From Alphaproteobacteria bacterium (GTDB lineage Bacteria > Pseudomonadota > Alphaproteobacteria > SHVV01), in contig OZ253470.1 in the NCBI GenBank assembly GCA_965261735.1, forward strand, positions 3,104,001 to 3,168,000: DNA of 64,000 bases. The letters run 5' to 3'. Positions 19,295 to 29,630 of the stretch are shown piece by piece. The notes beneath the pieces were generated by a model. It made no database searches. It was not told where the DNA came from and worked only from the letters and a program-made list of their open reading frames with translations. The translations under genes and the position numbers were made by a program. Each line of letters opens with the position of its first letter. Positions within the stretch are counted from its first letter, which is position 1.

Positions 19295-19663
19295 CTAGGC
19301 GTCCGCTAGGGCACCGCGCACGGTGTCGACGAGTTGGGCCTGGTGAAAGGGCTTGATCAAGGTGCGACGGGCGCCCAGCTTACGTGCAAAAGCTAGGTAG
19401 TCGGCTTCGCCCGCGGTGTGGCCGGTCATGGCGACGATCTTCACGGCGGGGAACATGCGGCGCAGGTTCAGGATGGTCTCCATGCCTTCGCCTACGGGCA
19501 TGAAAATGTCGGTTATCACGAGGTCTGTCGGGTGGGCGCAATACCGGCTTAAGCCAGTCCTACCATTGTCGGCCTCGGTAACCTCGAACCCCTCCTCCTC
19601 CAGGAGTAGTCGCACCAGCGCGCGGACGTCGGCGTCGTCATCGATAACCAGGATACTCGTCAT
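19295..19663 (-). CDS. Single-domain response regulator
   Basis: ILVIDDD, DLVITDIFMP, AMTG, KPF. Confidence 0.9.
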   Translation of the reverse strand: MTSILVIDDDADVRALVRLLLEEEGFEVTEADNGRTGLSRYCAHPTDLVITDIFMPVGEGMETILNLRRMFPAVKIVAMTGHTAGEADYLAFARKLGARRTLIKPFHQAQLVDTVRGALADA

Positions 19664-19859
19664 CGCCCCCGGTCCCCTCGGGCTAGGGCAGAGCCGCGAA
19701 TATGTCCCGTGAGTTGTACCCAAACAGTTAATGCTTTCGACCTTCAGCGAGAGCGCCCGCGGCGCGGTGCTTGACGTCACAAGGCCTCCGGTGTTGCACT
19801 CGCGCCGCCTGGGCACGGGCCGTGCTTGCCGGCGGGCCAGACGAGCGAGTGACGTGGGC

Positions 19860-20642
19860 GTGGGCGATCGACGCGGTGACCTGCAGGCTCTGACAACTTC
19901 GGTATGCGAGATTGCGCGCGCCGCGGGCGCGGAGATCATGCGCCACTACGAAGGTGCCGTGCGCGTGCGCAGGAAGCACGATGATTCACCCGTCACCGAC
20001 GCCGACGAGGCTGCCGAACGGTTGATCCTCTCCGGGCTCCGGGAAATCGCTCCGGCGACCCCTGTGGTGGCCGAGGAGCAGACATCGCGCGGCGGGGCGG
20101 CTGCCGTCGGGGAGGGCCGATTTTGGTTGGTCGATCCGCTCGACGGCACGCGCGAGTTCATCAGCCGCAACGGCGAGTTCACCGTGAACGTGGCGCTCGT
20201 CGAGAGCGGCCGCCCGATCCTAGGGGTCGTCTACCTACCGGCGCGGCGACTCCTCTATTGCGCCTATGCCCCGGGTGCCGCGTTCGTCCAGGGAGACGGC
20301 GCAGCTCCGAAGCCGATCGCGTGCCGGCCCGTACCGCAGGCCGGACTCGTCGTGGTCGCCAGCCGGTCGCACCGCGATGAACGCACCGAGGCGTATATTA
20401 ATGGGCTCGATGTTGCGCGCTTCACGGCTGCCGGCAGTTCGCTCAAGTTCTGCCGCGTCGCCAGCGGGGAGGCCGACCTTTATCCGCGTTTTGGGCGCAC
20501 CATGGAATGGGACACCGCCGCCGGTCACGCGGTGCTGGCCGCCGCCGGCGGCAGCGTGAAGACCTTGGACGGTGCCGAGCTGGCGTACGGCAAGCCGGGC
20601 TACGAGAACCCCGAGTTTATCGCCCGCGGCCGCGACTCGTGA
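19860..20642 (+). CDS. cysQ: 3'(2'),5'-bisphosphate nucleotidase
   Basis: SPVTDAD, WLVDPLDGTREF, GSSLKFC, TMEWDTAAGHA. Confidence 0.9.
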   Translation: MGDRRGDLQALTTSVCEIARAAGAEIMRHYEGAVRVRRKHDDSPVTDADEAAERLILSGLREIAPATPVVAEEQTSRGGAAAVGEGRFWLVDPLDGTREFISRNGEFTVNVALVESGRPILGVVYLPARRLLYCAYAPGAAFVQGDGAAPKPIACRPVPQAGLVVVASRSHRDERTEAYINGLDVARFTAAGSSLKFCRVASGEADLYPRFGRTMEWDTAAGHAVLAAAGGSVKTLDGAELAYGKPGYENPEFIARGRDS

Positions 20643-20650
20643 TCGGCGCC

Positions 20651-21646
20651 TTAGGCCGCGAGGTCGATGACGATGCGCCCGCGCACCTGGCCGGCGAGGA
20701 TCGCCTCGGCGAGCTTCGGGACGTCGGCCAGCGGCGCGACGTCGGTCATCGAGTCGAGCTTGTCCTTGGGCAGGTCGCGGTCGAGCCGGCGCCACGCCTC
20801 ACGCCGGACATCGCCCGGGCAGGTGACCGAGTTGATGCCGACCAGGCTGACGCCGCGCAGAATGAAGGGCAGTACCGTGGTCGAGAAATTGACGCCGCCG
20901 GCGAGCCCACAGGCGGCAACGGCCCCGTTGACGCGGGTCGCCCTCAACAGGCTCGCCAGCGTTTCGCCGCCAACCGAATCGATGGCCCCGGACCAGCGCT
21001 CGGGCTCGAGCGGCCGCGTGGCCCCGGCGGCGAGTTCGGCGCGCTCGATGATCGTCGTAGCGCCCAGCCCCTTCAGGTAGTCGTGGAGTTCCGGCCGGCC
21101 GGTCGAGGCGGCCACGCGATGGCCGAGGGCGGCGAGCAGGGCGATAGCGACGCTGCCGACGCCGCCGGCCGCACCGGTCACGATGACTTCGTGCTCCCCC
21201 GGTGCGACCCCCATGTGCTCGAGCGCCATCACGCTCAGCATCGAGGTAAAGCCCGCGGTGCCGATCGCCATCGCCTGCTCGAGACTCAAGCCCTCCGGCA
21301 AGGGAACGAGCCACGCCGCCGGCACCCGGGCCTTGCCGGCGTAGCCGCCCCAGTGAGTCTCGCTCAGGCCCCAGCCGGTGCACAGGACCTCGGCACCCGG
21401 TGCGAAGTCCGGGACCGTCGAGCTCTCGACGGTGCCGGCGAAGTCGATGCCAAGCACCATGGGAAAGCGGCGCGCGATCTTGCCCTTGCCGGTAACGGCG
21501 AGGCCGTCCTTGTAGTTGAGCGTGGAGCAGGCGAGCGCGACGGTGACCTCACCCTCCGGGAGATCGGCGGTGCTCAGCTCCCTGAACTCGGCCCTGCTCC
21601 TGCCATCGACTTCGTCGGCGACCAGCGCCGTAAAGGTATCGCTCAT
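20651..21646 (-). CDS. acuI: Acryloyl-CoA reductase AcuI/YhdH family
   Basis: STLNYKD, IGTAGFT, TGAAGGVGS, TVLPFILRGV. Confidence 0.8.
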   Translation of the reverse strand: MSDTFTALVADEVDGRSRAEFRELSTADLPEGEVTVALACSTLNYKDGLAVTGKGKIARRFPMVLGIDFAGTVESSTVPDFAPGAEVLCTGWGLSETHWGGYAGKARVPAAWLVPLPEGLSLEQAMAIGTAGFTSMLSVMALEHMGVAPGEHEVIVTGAAGGVGSVAIALLAALGHRVAASTGRPELHDYLKGLGATTIIERAELAAGATRPLEPERWSGAIDSVGGETLASLLRATRVNGAVAACGLAGGVNFSTTVLPFILRGVSLVGINSVTCPGDVRREAWRRLDRDLPKDKLDSMTDVAPLADVPKLAEAILAGQVRGRIVIDLAA

Positions 21647-21653
21647 CGGCGTC

Positions 21654-23240
21654 TCATACTCCTTCGCCCTCAACCAAATCGCCGCGCGCATAGAGCTCGC
21701 CGCGGATCAAATGTTTGGGCACCTTGCCATAGGCCGACTTCGGTACCTCGTCCCAGAAGAAGAACCGGCGCGGACGCTTGTAGCCGGCGATGCGGCCCTC
21801 GAGGTAGTCGGCCAGGTCCTGGGCGCTCGTGCTTTCGCCCGCCTTGGTCACGACGACGGCAACGCCCGACTCGCCCCACTTGGGGTCGGGGACGCCGAGC
21901 ACCGCGGCCTCCGAGACCGCGCCATGCGTGAGCAGCACCTCCTCGATCTCGCGCGGGTAGATGTTGGTGCCGCCGGAGATGAACATGTCCGAGGCGCGGC
22001 CCGTGATGTACAGGAAGCCTTCGCCATCGAGCTGGCCGAGGTCGCCGGTGTGGAACCAGCCCTCCCTGAAGCACTGCGCGTCGGCGTCGGGGTTGTCGAA
22101 GTAGCCCTTGAGCACCGCCGGCCCGCGCACGCAAATCTCGCCCTGCTTGCCGGTCTCGAGCCGGCGCCCCTCGGCGTCGCGAATGGCGATCTCCATGCCG
22201 ATACGGGCCAGGCCGCAGGTGCCGGGGCGCGCCATCGGGTCATCATCGTCGGCCGTGTGCATGTGGGCCGGGAGCGCGGTGATGCAGCCCGGCACCTCGC
22301 CCATGCCGTAATACTGCACCAGCACCGGACCGAGGACAGCCAGCGCCTTTTTCTGATCCTCGCGATACATGGGCGCTCCGGCATAGACGACGTGGCGCAG
22401 CGAGGAATGGTCGTGGCGCTCTACGGCCGGGTGCTCGACCAGCATCTTCACGATCGTCGGTACGGTGAAGAGGTTGCTCACACGGTGCCGCTCGACCAGC
22501 CGCCAGCACTCCTCGACGTCGAGGCCTTGGGCCTCCGGGATCACGGTCTTGGCGCCGCGCGCCACGTTGGGCAGCAGGTGCGCGCCGGCGCCGTGCGACA
22601 GCGGCGCGACGACCAGCGAGGCGTCCTCGTGCGTCAGCCCCGGGACCAGCTCCGCCAGCATGCTGGTGGTGACGAATCCGAGCAGGCCGTGGGTGAGGAC
22701 CGCGCCCTTTGAGCGCCCCGTGGTGCCCGAGGTATAGAAATGCCAGCACGGATCGTCGGCGTCGACCTCGGCCTCCCAGGCTGGCGCCCCGAGGTGAGCG
22801 GCAACCAGGGCATCGTAGAGGTGGGCGCCGTCGCCGGGCTCGGCGATGGCGATGACGTGGGCGAGTTCCGGCGTGGCCGCGCGCGCCGCCGCCACGTGCT
22901 CGTCGTAGCCGGCATCGTGGATGATCGCGCTGGCGCGGCAGTTCTGGGCGATATAGGCGACCTCGGGCGGGGCCAGGCGAAAGTTGCACGCAACCCACAC
23001 GGCGCCGAGCTTGAATGTCGCCCACATGGCCTCGAACATCTGCAGGTTGTTGCGCGAGAGCACCAGGATACGGTCGCCCTTGGCGAGCCCGAGGCCCTTG
23101 AGCGCGGCGACCATGGCGTTGACGCGGTCGTCGATCTCGCGCCAGGTCCGCGACTCGTTGCCCTTGACGAGGCCGATACGGTCGGAATGGAGCCGCGCCG
23201 TATCCGACAGCAGCCGGCCGAGATTAGGGGTGGCTCGCAT
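21654..23240 (-). CDS. Acyl-CoA synthetase
   Basis: YTSGTTGRSKG, FHTGD, KSAYGKV. Confidence 0.9.
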   Translation of the reverse strand: MRATPNLGRLLSDTARLHSDRIGLVKGNESRTWREIDDRVNAMVAALKGLGLAKGDRILVLSRNNLQMFEAMWATFKLGAVWVACNFRLAPPEVAYIAQNCRASAIIHDAGYDEHVAAARAATPELAHVIAIAEPGDGAHLYDALVAAHLGAPAWEAEVDADDPCWHFYTSGTTGRSKGAVLTHGLLGFVTTSMLAELVPGLTHEDASLVVAPLSHGAGAHLLPNVARGAKTVIPEAQGLDVEECWRLVERHRVSNLFTVPTIVKMLVEHPAVERHDHSSLRHVVYAGAPMYREDQKKALAVLGPVLVQYYGMGEVPGCITALPAHMHTADDDDPMARPGTCGLARIGMEIAIRDAEGRRLETGKQGEICVRGPAVLKGYFDNPDADAQCFREGWFHTGDLGQLDGEGFLYITGRASDMFISGGTNIYPREIEEVLLTHGAVSEAAVLGVPDPKWGESGVAVVVTKAGESTSAQDLADYLEGRIAGYKRPRRFFFWDEVPKSAYGKVPKHLIRGELYARGDLVEGEGV

Positions 23241-23272
23241 GCGCTCCTTCAGCCCCTATCCGACGGTCTGCC

Positions 23273-24439
23273 CTAGCGCAGCGCCTCGAGGATGCTGACG
23301 AAATTGGCCACCGCCGAGCCGCCCATATTGAACACGCCGGCGAGCTTGGCGTCCTTGATCTGACAGCCGTCGGCGCTGCCGTTGAGCTGGCGCGCGGCCA
23401 TGACGTGCATGGAGACGCCGGTGGCGCCGATGGGGTGGCCCTTGGACTTGAGGCCGCCCGAGGGATTGACCGGCAGCCGGCCGTCCTTCTCGGTCCAGCC
23501 CTCGTCGATCGCGCGCGCCCCCTCGCCCTGCGAGGTCAGACCCATGGCCTCGTATTCGAGGAGCTCGGCGATGGTGAAGCAATCGTGGCTCTCGACCATA
23601 CTGAGGTCGTCGAGTGCGACGCGCGCGCTCGCGAGCGCCTGCCGCCAGGCCTGCGCCGGCCCCTCCATCGCCAGGATGTCGCGGCGGCTGAAGGGAAGGA
23701 AGTCGTTGACCTGCTCGGCCGCGCGAAAGACGATCGCCTTGTCCAAAGTGAGCGCCGTCTCGACGTCGGCCAGCACCACGGCGGCGGCCCCGTCCGACAC
23801 CATCGAGCAGTCCGTTCGCCTCAGGGGGGCGACGAGGATCGGGTTCTTGTCCGACACGGTGCGGCAGAACTCGTAGCCGAGGTCCTTCTGCATGTGTGCC
23901 AGCGGATTGACGGCGCCGTTCTTGTGGTTCTTCGCGGCAATACGGGCGAGCGCATCCGAGCGATCGCCGTAGCGCTGGAAATATTGCTGCATCATGAGCG
24001 CGAACATGCCGGGAAAGGTCATGCCCTGCCCCGCCTCTTCCTTGTAGTAGCTGCAGCGGGCGAGGGCGTTGGTAACCTCGGGCGTGGACACCCCCGTCAT
24101 CTTTTCGACGCCGACCACGAGGACGATGCGGGCGCGCTTGGCGGCTATCACGTTGAGCCCCTGGTGGATCGCGGCCGAGCCCGTGGCGCACGCATTCTCG
24201 ACCCGCGTCGTCGGCTTGAAGCGCAAGGAATCGTCGAGCTGCAGGACGAGCGAGGCCGGGAACTCCTGGACATCCATGCCGCCGTTGTAGGTGCCGAGGT
24301 AGATGGCGTCGATGTCGGCCGGCGCGATACCGGCATCTGCGACGGCCTCGGCGGCAGCTGAGGTGACCAGGCCCTCGAGGTCCATGTCCTCGAGCTTGCC
24401 GAAGCGCGTGTGTCCCCAGCCCACGATACAAGCAGTCAT
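23273..24439 (-). CDS. Thiolase-like protein (SCP2-type)
   Basis: VENACATG, HDCF, GHPIGATG. Confidence 0.85.
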   Translation of the reverse strand: MTACIVGWGHTRFGKLEDMDLEGLVTSAAAEAVADAGIAPADIDAIYLGTYNGGMDVQEFPASLVLQLDDSLRFKPTTRVENACATGSAAIHQGLNVIAAKRARIVLVVGVEKMTGVSTPEVTNALARCSYYKEEAGQGMTFPGMFALMMQQYFQRYGDRSDALARIAAKNHKNGAVNPLAHMQKDLGYEFCRTVSDKNPILVAPLRRTDCSMVSDGAAAVVLADVETALTLDKAIVFRAAEQVNDFLPFSRRDILAMEGPAQAWRQALASARVALDDLSMVESHDCFTIAELLEYEAMGLTSQGEGARAIDEGWTEKDGRLPVNPSGGLKSKGHPIGATGVSMHVMAARQLNGSADGCQIKDAKLAGVFNMGGSAVANFVSILEALR

Positions 24440-24592
24440 GACGGCGCCCTCCAAGGATCGTCGCACCGAGCATAGCAGACTCGCTTACGCCCGGTAACGG
24501 CGAGCGGCGCTTGGACCTGCGCTAGGCGCGGCTTGGCCAATGCGCCGTTTTCGTGCGATGAGGTGCCGTCCGCCGAACCAAACGGAGGCCAG

Positions 24593-25246
24593 ATGTACAC
24601 GCTCTATTGGAACCCGAGCGCATCGTCGCTTGTGGCGATGGCGGTGCTGGAGGAAATCGGCGCCGACTACGAAGGGGTGCTGATAGACGCCGGCGCCGGC
24701 GAGCACCGCAAGCCCGAGTACCGCAAGATCCATCCTCTCGGCCTCATACCGGCGCTGCGGCTGGCGGACGGCCGAGTGATGTTCGAGTCCGCGGGTATCG
24801 TCCTGCATCTCTGTGACCGCCATGCCGAGGCCGGGTTGGCACCCTCACTGGTGGATCCCGAGCGGACGTTCTACTATCAGTGGCTGCTTTTCCTGGCCGA
24901 TACCCTCTATCCAACCTACAACCGGTTCTACCACGCCGAACGCTTCTCCTCGGACCCGGGCGATGCGCACAAGGTGATGGATCAGGCGCGAAAGCATTTG
25001 GCGGATCAATGGCAGGTTGTCGAGGACGCGCTCCAGGGCCGACGCTGGCTGCTCGGCGAGCGCTTTTCGGCCGCCGACATCTACATGCAGATGGTGACGA
25101 CCTGGGACGAGAATGGCGCAGCCTTTGCCGCGCGCCACCCGAATATCGCGCGCTGCGCCGCAGGCGTTGCCGAGCGGCCGGCGGTCAAGCGCGCGCTCGA
25201 CAGGCATGTCATACTCTCGGCCGCCGCCAGCGATCGGGAGGCGTGA
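24593..25246 (+). CDS. Glutathione S-transferase family protein
   Basis: HPLGLIPAL, FESAGI, FSAADIY. Confidence 0.9.
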   Translation: MYTLYWNPSASSLVAMAVLEEIGADYEGVLIDAGAGEHRKPEYRKIHPLGLIPALRLADGRVMFESAGIVLHLCDRHAEAGLAPSLVDPERTFYYQWLLFLADTLYPTYNRFYHAERFSSDPGDAHKVMDQARKHLADQWQVVEDALQGRRWLLGERFSAADIYMQMVTTWDENGAAFAARHPNIARCAAGVAERPAVKRALDRHVILSAAASDREA

Positions 25247-25252
25247 CGGTCC

Positions 25253-27556
25253 ATGACCATCGAAAAGGTTAGCCGCACCTCAACCCATTGGGGGGCCTAC
25301 GACGTCAAGGTGGTGGAGGGGCGAATCGTCGCCGTCGAACCCTTCGCGGGCGATCCCAATCCGTCGTCGATCGGCCAATCGATCGTCGACGGGATACAGC
25401 ACGAGTCCCGCATCGAACAGCCCATGGTGCGCCGCGGCTGGCGCAGTGGCGGGCGAGCCAGCACCGGCAACGGGCGCGGCAGCGATCCCTTTGTCCCAGT
25501 AGGTTGGGACGAGGCGCTCGACCTGGTCGCCGGGGAACTCGACCGCATCAGGGGCGCGCACGGCAACGCGGCCATCTTCGGCGGCTGCTACGGTTGGGCG
25601 AGCGCCGGACGCTTCCATCACGCGCAGAGCCAGACCCATCGCTTTCTCAATCTGCTCGGCGGCTATACCAGCTCGGTCAACTCCTATAGCTACGGCGCCG
25701 CCGAAGTCATCATTCCCCGCGTCCTCGGTCACGGCTTTACCAGCCTTCTATGGCAGTTCACCTCGTGGCCCGTGATCGCCAGACACACCGGTCTGGTCGT
25801 GATGTTCGGCGGCATCCCGCTGAAGAATTCCCAGGTGAGCTCGGGCGGCATCGGCGGGCACGCCACCCGCGATTGGCTGAAGCACTGTCGTGACCGGGGC
25901 GTCGCCTTCGTCAACATCGGCCCCATCGAGGACGACGCCGCGGACTTTCTCGCGGCCGATTGGCTGGCGCCCCGGCCCAACAGCGACACCGCCCTCATGC
26001 TCGGGCTCGCGCACACGCTTCTGGTCGAGGGGCTCCACGATAGCGGCTTCCTTGAAACGCACTGCGTCGGCTTCGAGCGCTTTCGGCCCTACCTCCTGGG
26101 CGAGACCGACGGGCAGCCGAAGAGCGCCGATTGGGCGGCCGAGATCTGCGCTTTACCCGCCGAGACCATCCGCGCGTTGGCGCGGCGGATGGCCGCGAAC
26201 CGCACCCTGATCAGCGTCTCGTGGTCGCTCCAGCGCAGCGATCACGGCGAACAGCCCTACTGGATGGCCGCCGTCCTCGCGGCGATGCTGGGCCAGATCG
26301 GCCTCCCCGGAGGCGGGATCGGCTACGGCTATGGCGCCACAGGTGCGATCGGCAACCCGGTGAAGCGGCTCGACGGCATGGCGCTGCCCCAGGGCCGCAA
26401 CCCGGTCGAGACCTTCATCCCGGTGGCGCGCATCGCCGACATGCTGCTGCACCCGGGTAGCGCCCTCGACTACAACGGACACAAACTCACCTATCCCGAC
26501 ATACGCCTCGTCTATTGGTGCGGCGGCAATCCCTTTCACCACCACCAGGACTTGAACCGCCTGGTCCGCGCCTGGCAGTGCCCCGAAACGATCGTGGTCC
26601 ACGAGCCCTGGTGGAATGCGAACGCCCGCCACGCCGACATCGTCCTGCCGGCGACGACATCGCTGGAGCGCAACGACATCGGCCGCGCCGGGAGCGATCC
26701 CGTCATGTTCGCCATGCATCAGGCCATCGCACCCGTCGGCGCGGCGCGCAACGACCACGACATCTTCGCGGCGCTCGCCGATCGCCTCGGCTTTCGCGAA
26801 GCGTTCACCGAGGGCCGCGGCGAGATCGACTGGCTGCGCCACCTGTACGACGTCTTCCGTCAGAAGATCGCGCGCGAGCGGATCGAGCTGCCGGACTTCG
26901 ACGAGTTCTGGGAGCTCGGGCATGTCGAGGTGGCGGCCGCGCCCGAAGAGAAGGTGTTGTTCGAAGCCTTTCGCCGCGATCCCGAGCGCCACCCCCTGCC
27001 GACGCCGTCGGGGCGGATCGAGGTCTTTTCCGAAGCCATCGATGGATTCGGCTACGATGATTGTCCCGGGCACCCGGTGTGGCTAGAACCGGCCGAGTGG
27101 CTGGGCGATGCCGCCCGCCGCTATCCTCTGCATTTGATCTCGCACCAGCCGGCAACGCGACTGCACAGCCAGCTCGACTGTGCGGGCACCAGCCTTGCCG
27201 GAAAGGTACAGGGCCGCGAGGCCCTGAGAATTCACCCCGACGACGCGGCGCCGCGCGGCATCGCGGACGGCGACGTCGTGCGCGTGTTCAACGACCGTGG
27301 CGAATGCCTGGCCGGGGCGCGCGTCACGCGATCCGTGCAGCCCGAGGTCGTCGTCTTGCCCACGGGGGCGTGGTACGACCCCGAGCGATTGGGCGGCCTC
27401 GACCGGCACGGCAATCCCAACGTCCTTACACGCGACAAGGGAACCTCGCGCCTAGCTCAGGCGACCACGGCGCACACGGCGCTCGTCGAGATCGAGAAGC
27501 TCGATCAAGATCCCCCGGCCGTGCAAGCGCACAAGGCGCCGGCCATCGTGTCTTGA
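25253..27556 (+). CDS. Molybdopterin S/N-oxide reductase, BisC-type (no Tat signal)
   Basis: THWG, YGWASAGRFH, SYSYGAA, GGNPFHHHQD, RLHSQ, HGNPNVLT. Confidence 0.85.
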   Translation: MTIEKVSRTSTHWGAYDVKVVEGRIVAVEPFAGDPNPSSIGQSIVDGIQHESRIEQPMVRRGWRSGGRASTGNGRGSDPFVPVGWDEALDLVAGELDRIRGAHGNAAIFGGCYGWASAGRFHHAQSQTHRFLNLLGGYTSSVNSYSYGAAEVIIPRVLGHGFTSLLWQFTSWPVIARHTGLVVMFGGIPLKNSQVSSGGIGGHATRDWLKHCRDRGVAFVNIGPIEDDAADFLAADWLAPRPNSDTALMLGLAHTLLVEGLHDSGFLETHCVGFERFRPYLLGETDGQPKSADWAAEICALPAETIRALARRMAANRTLISVSWSLQRSDHGEQPYWMAAVLAAMLGQIGLPGGGIGYGYGATGAIGNPVKRLDGMALPQGRNPVETFIPVARIADMLLHPGSALDYNGHKLTYPDIRLVYWCGGNPFHHHQDLNRLVRAWQCPETIVVHEPWWNANARHADIVLPATTSLERNDIGRAGSDPVMFAMHQAIAPVGAARNDHDIFAALADRLGFREAFTEGRGEIDWLRHLYDVFRQKIARERIELPDFDEFWELGHVEVAAAPEEKVLFEAFRRDPERHPLPTPSGRIEVFSEAIDGFGYDDCPGHPVWLEPAEWLGDAARRYPLHLISHQPATRLHSQLDCAGTSLAGKVQGREALRIHPDDAAPRGIADGDVVRVFNDRGECLAGARVTRSVQPEVVVLPTGAWYDPERLGGLDRHGNPNVLTRDKGTSRLAQATTAHTALVEIEKLDQDPPAVQAHKAPAIVS

Positions 27557-27590
27557 CCGCCCTACCCGGCTGATCGTTAGGCGCTCGGCC

Positions 27591-28184
27591 TCACACCAGG
27601 CCCCTTTCGAGGGCCCGCCGCGTCTCGGGATCGCTCTCGAAGTGGGCCGCATCGGGCACCACGCCGAGCGCGCTGGCGACGCGCGCGACGTAGTTGCGGT
27701 ACGCGGCAAGCGCCGCGATCTCCAGAATCTCGATGTCCTCGAACCCGCGCTCACGGAGCAAGTCGATATCGCTCTCGGTCACGGTGTGGGGCGCTATGGT
27801 GATCTGTTCGGCATATTCCAGCATCGCCTCGTCCTGGGCACTCAACCCGGCGACTCGGAAATCGCGTTTGATCGCCACGACCAGCTCGGCGTCGTCAACC
27901 GTGTCGAGGGAACACAGCATCGCGCCGTGCGAGATCGTGCAGTACTTGCACATGAGCAGCGAGGACACGAGCACCGCCACCATCTCTTCGCGCCGGCGCC
28001 CCAGACTCGAGCCGCCAAAGGTGACGGCACCTGAAAACGCCTGCCACTTCGCCATCAGCTCGGGCTTCAGGCTGTGCGCCTTTAGGATATTGGCGACGAA
28101 TCCGTGTTGCTGCCGCGTGGCATCGTAGAGCTCCGCGAGTGGGCCCTCCGCCTCGGATTCGTCGACCGTCTCTATCCACGCCAT
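27591..28184 (-). CDS. AhpD/CMD-like peroxidase-related protein
   Basis: MAWIETV, ANILKAHSL, CKYC..H. Confidence 0.8.
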   Translation of the reverse strand: MAWIETVDESEAEGPLAELYDATRQQHGFVANILKAHSLKPELMAKWQAFSGAVTFGGSSLGRRREEMVAVLVSSLLMCKYCTISHGAMLCSLDTVDDAELVVAIKRDFRVAGLSAQDEAMLEYAEQITIAPHTVTESDIDLLRERGFEDIEILEIAALAAYRNYVARVASALGVVPDAAHFESDPETRRALERGLV

Positions 28185-28250
28185 GAACCTCACCGCCGTT
28201 GTCAGGGGATTGTCCGCCGATCCGCGCGCGGCGGATCATACCTCAAGTCG

Positions 28251-29585
28251 CTAAAGGCTAAGCGATTCCAAGAAGCGCATCCGCATGCCCGTGGGCTCGC
28301 CGATGATTTCGTCTTCCTTCATGACGACGCGCCCGCGCACCACCGTGGCCACCGGCCAACCCGTAACCTCCATCCCGGCATAAGGTGTCCATCCGCTTTT
28401 GCTCGCGATCCAGTCGTCGGCGATGACGCGCTTGTGGCCGAGATCGACGATTGAGAAGTCCCCGTCATAGCCGACCGCGATCCGCCCCTTGCGGGCGATT
28501 CCGAAGACCCGCGCCGGGCCTGTGCACACCAGGTCCACCAGCTCGGAGAGCCCGAGCCGGCCCGCGTTCACGTGTTCGAGCATGATCGGCAGCAGGGTCT
28601 GGACGCCGGGCATCCCGGAGGGGCTGTTCGGATAGGGGGCCGCTTTTTCCTCGCGCATGTGAGGCGCGTGGTCCGAGCCGATGACGTCGACGATGCCTTC
28701 GCGCACGCCACGCCAAAGCCGCTCTCGATGTTGCGCCTCGCGGATCGGCGGGTTCATCTGCGCCAGCGTGCCGAGGCGCTCGTAGCATTCGGGGGCGGCA
28801 AGCGTGAGGTGCTGCGGCGTGACCTCGACGCTGGCGATGTCCCTGTTGCCGGCCAGGAAGTCGATTTCCTGCGCGGTCGAGACATGGAGCACGTGGACCC
28901 GCCGGCCGGAGACCTGGGCGAAGCTCAGAAGGCGCCGGGTCGCGAGAAAGGCCGTCGTCTCGTCGCGCCATTCGGGATGCTGCGCGACACCCCCAGCCTC
29001 AGCGAGGGCGCGGCGTTCGACAAGGCGATCCTCGTCCTCGCAATGAACGGCGATGCGCCGGCGGCCGCTGCTGAGGATGCGTTGAATCGTCGCGTCGTCG
29101 GCCACCAATAGATCGCCCGTGGACGAGCCCATGAAAAGCTTGACCCCACAGCAACTCGGCATTTGCTCGTAGCTGCCGAGGTCGTCCGCGTTTTCCGCCG
29201 TGGCACCCACATAGAAGGCGAAGTCGCACCAGGCGCGGCCGCGCGCGCGCGCGCGCTTGGCGCTCAGAGTCCCTTCGTCGGTCGTGGCGGGTTTGGTGTT
29301 GGGCATGTCGAAGACCGCGGTGACCCCGCCCAGGACCGCACCGCGGGTGCCGGTCTCGATGTCTTCCTTGTGTTCGAGCCCGGGCTCGCGGAAATGAACC
29401 TGCGTGTCGATCACGCCGGGCAGCACGTAGAGGCCTGCGACATCGAGGATAGTGCCGGCTGAAGCCCGCGCCAGCGATCCGATGGCCGCGATGCGTCCAT
29501 CGAGCACGGCGACGTCGGTTTCCTCCTGGCCGCGATGCGAGACGACGGTACCGCCACGTATGATCAGGTCGTAGGTTGGGGCCAT
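28251..29585 (-). CDS. pyrC: Dihydroorotase
   Basis: DTQVHFREPG, DMPNT, QMNPPIR, GSDHAPH, GWTPY. Confidence 0.9.
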   Translation of the reverse strand: MAPTYDLIIRGGTVVSHRGQEETDVAVLDGRIAAIGSLARASAGTILDVAGLYVLPGVIDTQVHFREPGLEHKEDIETGTRGAVLGGVTAVFDMPNTKPATTDEGTLSAKRARARGRAWCDFAFYVGATAENADDLGSYEQMPSCCGVKLFMGSSTGDLLVADDATIQRILSSGRRRIAVHCEDEDRLVERRALAEAGGVAQHPEWRDETTAFLATRRLLSFAQVSGRRVHVLHVSTAQEIDFLAGNRDIASVEVTPQHLTLAAPECYERLGTLAQMNPPIREAQHRERLWRGVREGIVDVIGSDHAPHMREEKAAPYPNSPSGMPGVQTLLPIMLEHVNAGRLGLSELVDLVCTGPARVFGIARKGRIAVGYDGDFSIVDLGHKRVIADDWIASKSGWTPYAGMEVTGWPVATVVRGRVVMKEDEIIGEPTGMRMRFLESLSL

Positions 29586-29630
29586 TTGTCGGCTCTTCAT
29601 TCTCCGGTACGGCTCGCGCACAGACATAAA

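Noticed and set aside
25253-27556. Periplasmic respiratory TorA/DorA
   Set aside because: No twin-arginine leader and no torC/torD neighbours.
27591-28184. Possible selenoprotein in the AhpD-like family
   Set aside because: The motif is TGC-AAG-TAC-TGC (CKYC) with no in-frame TGA.
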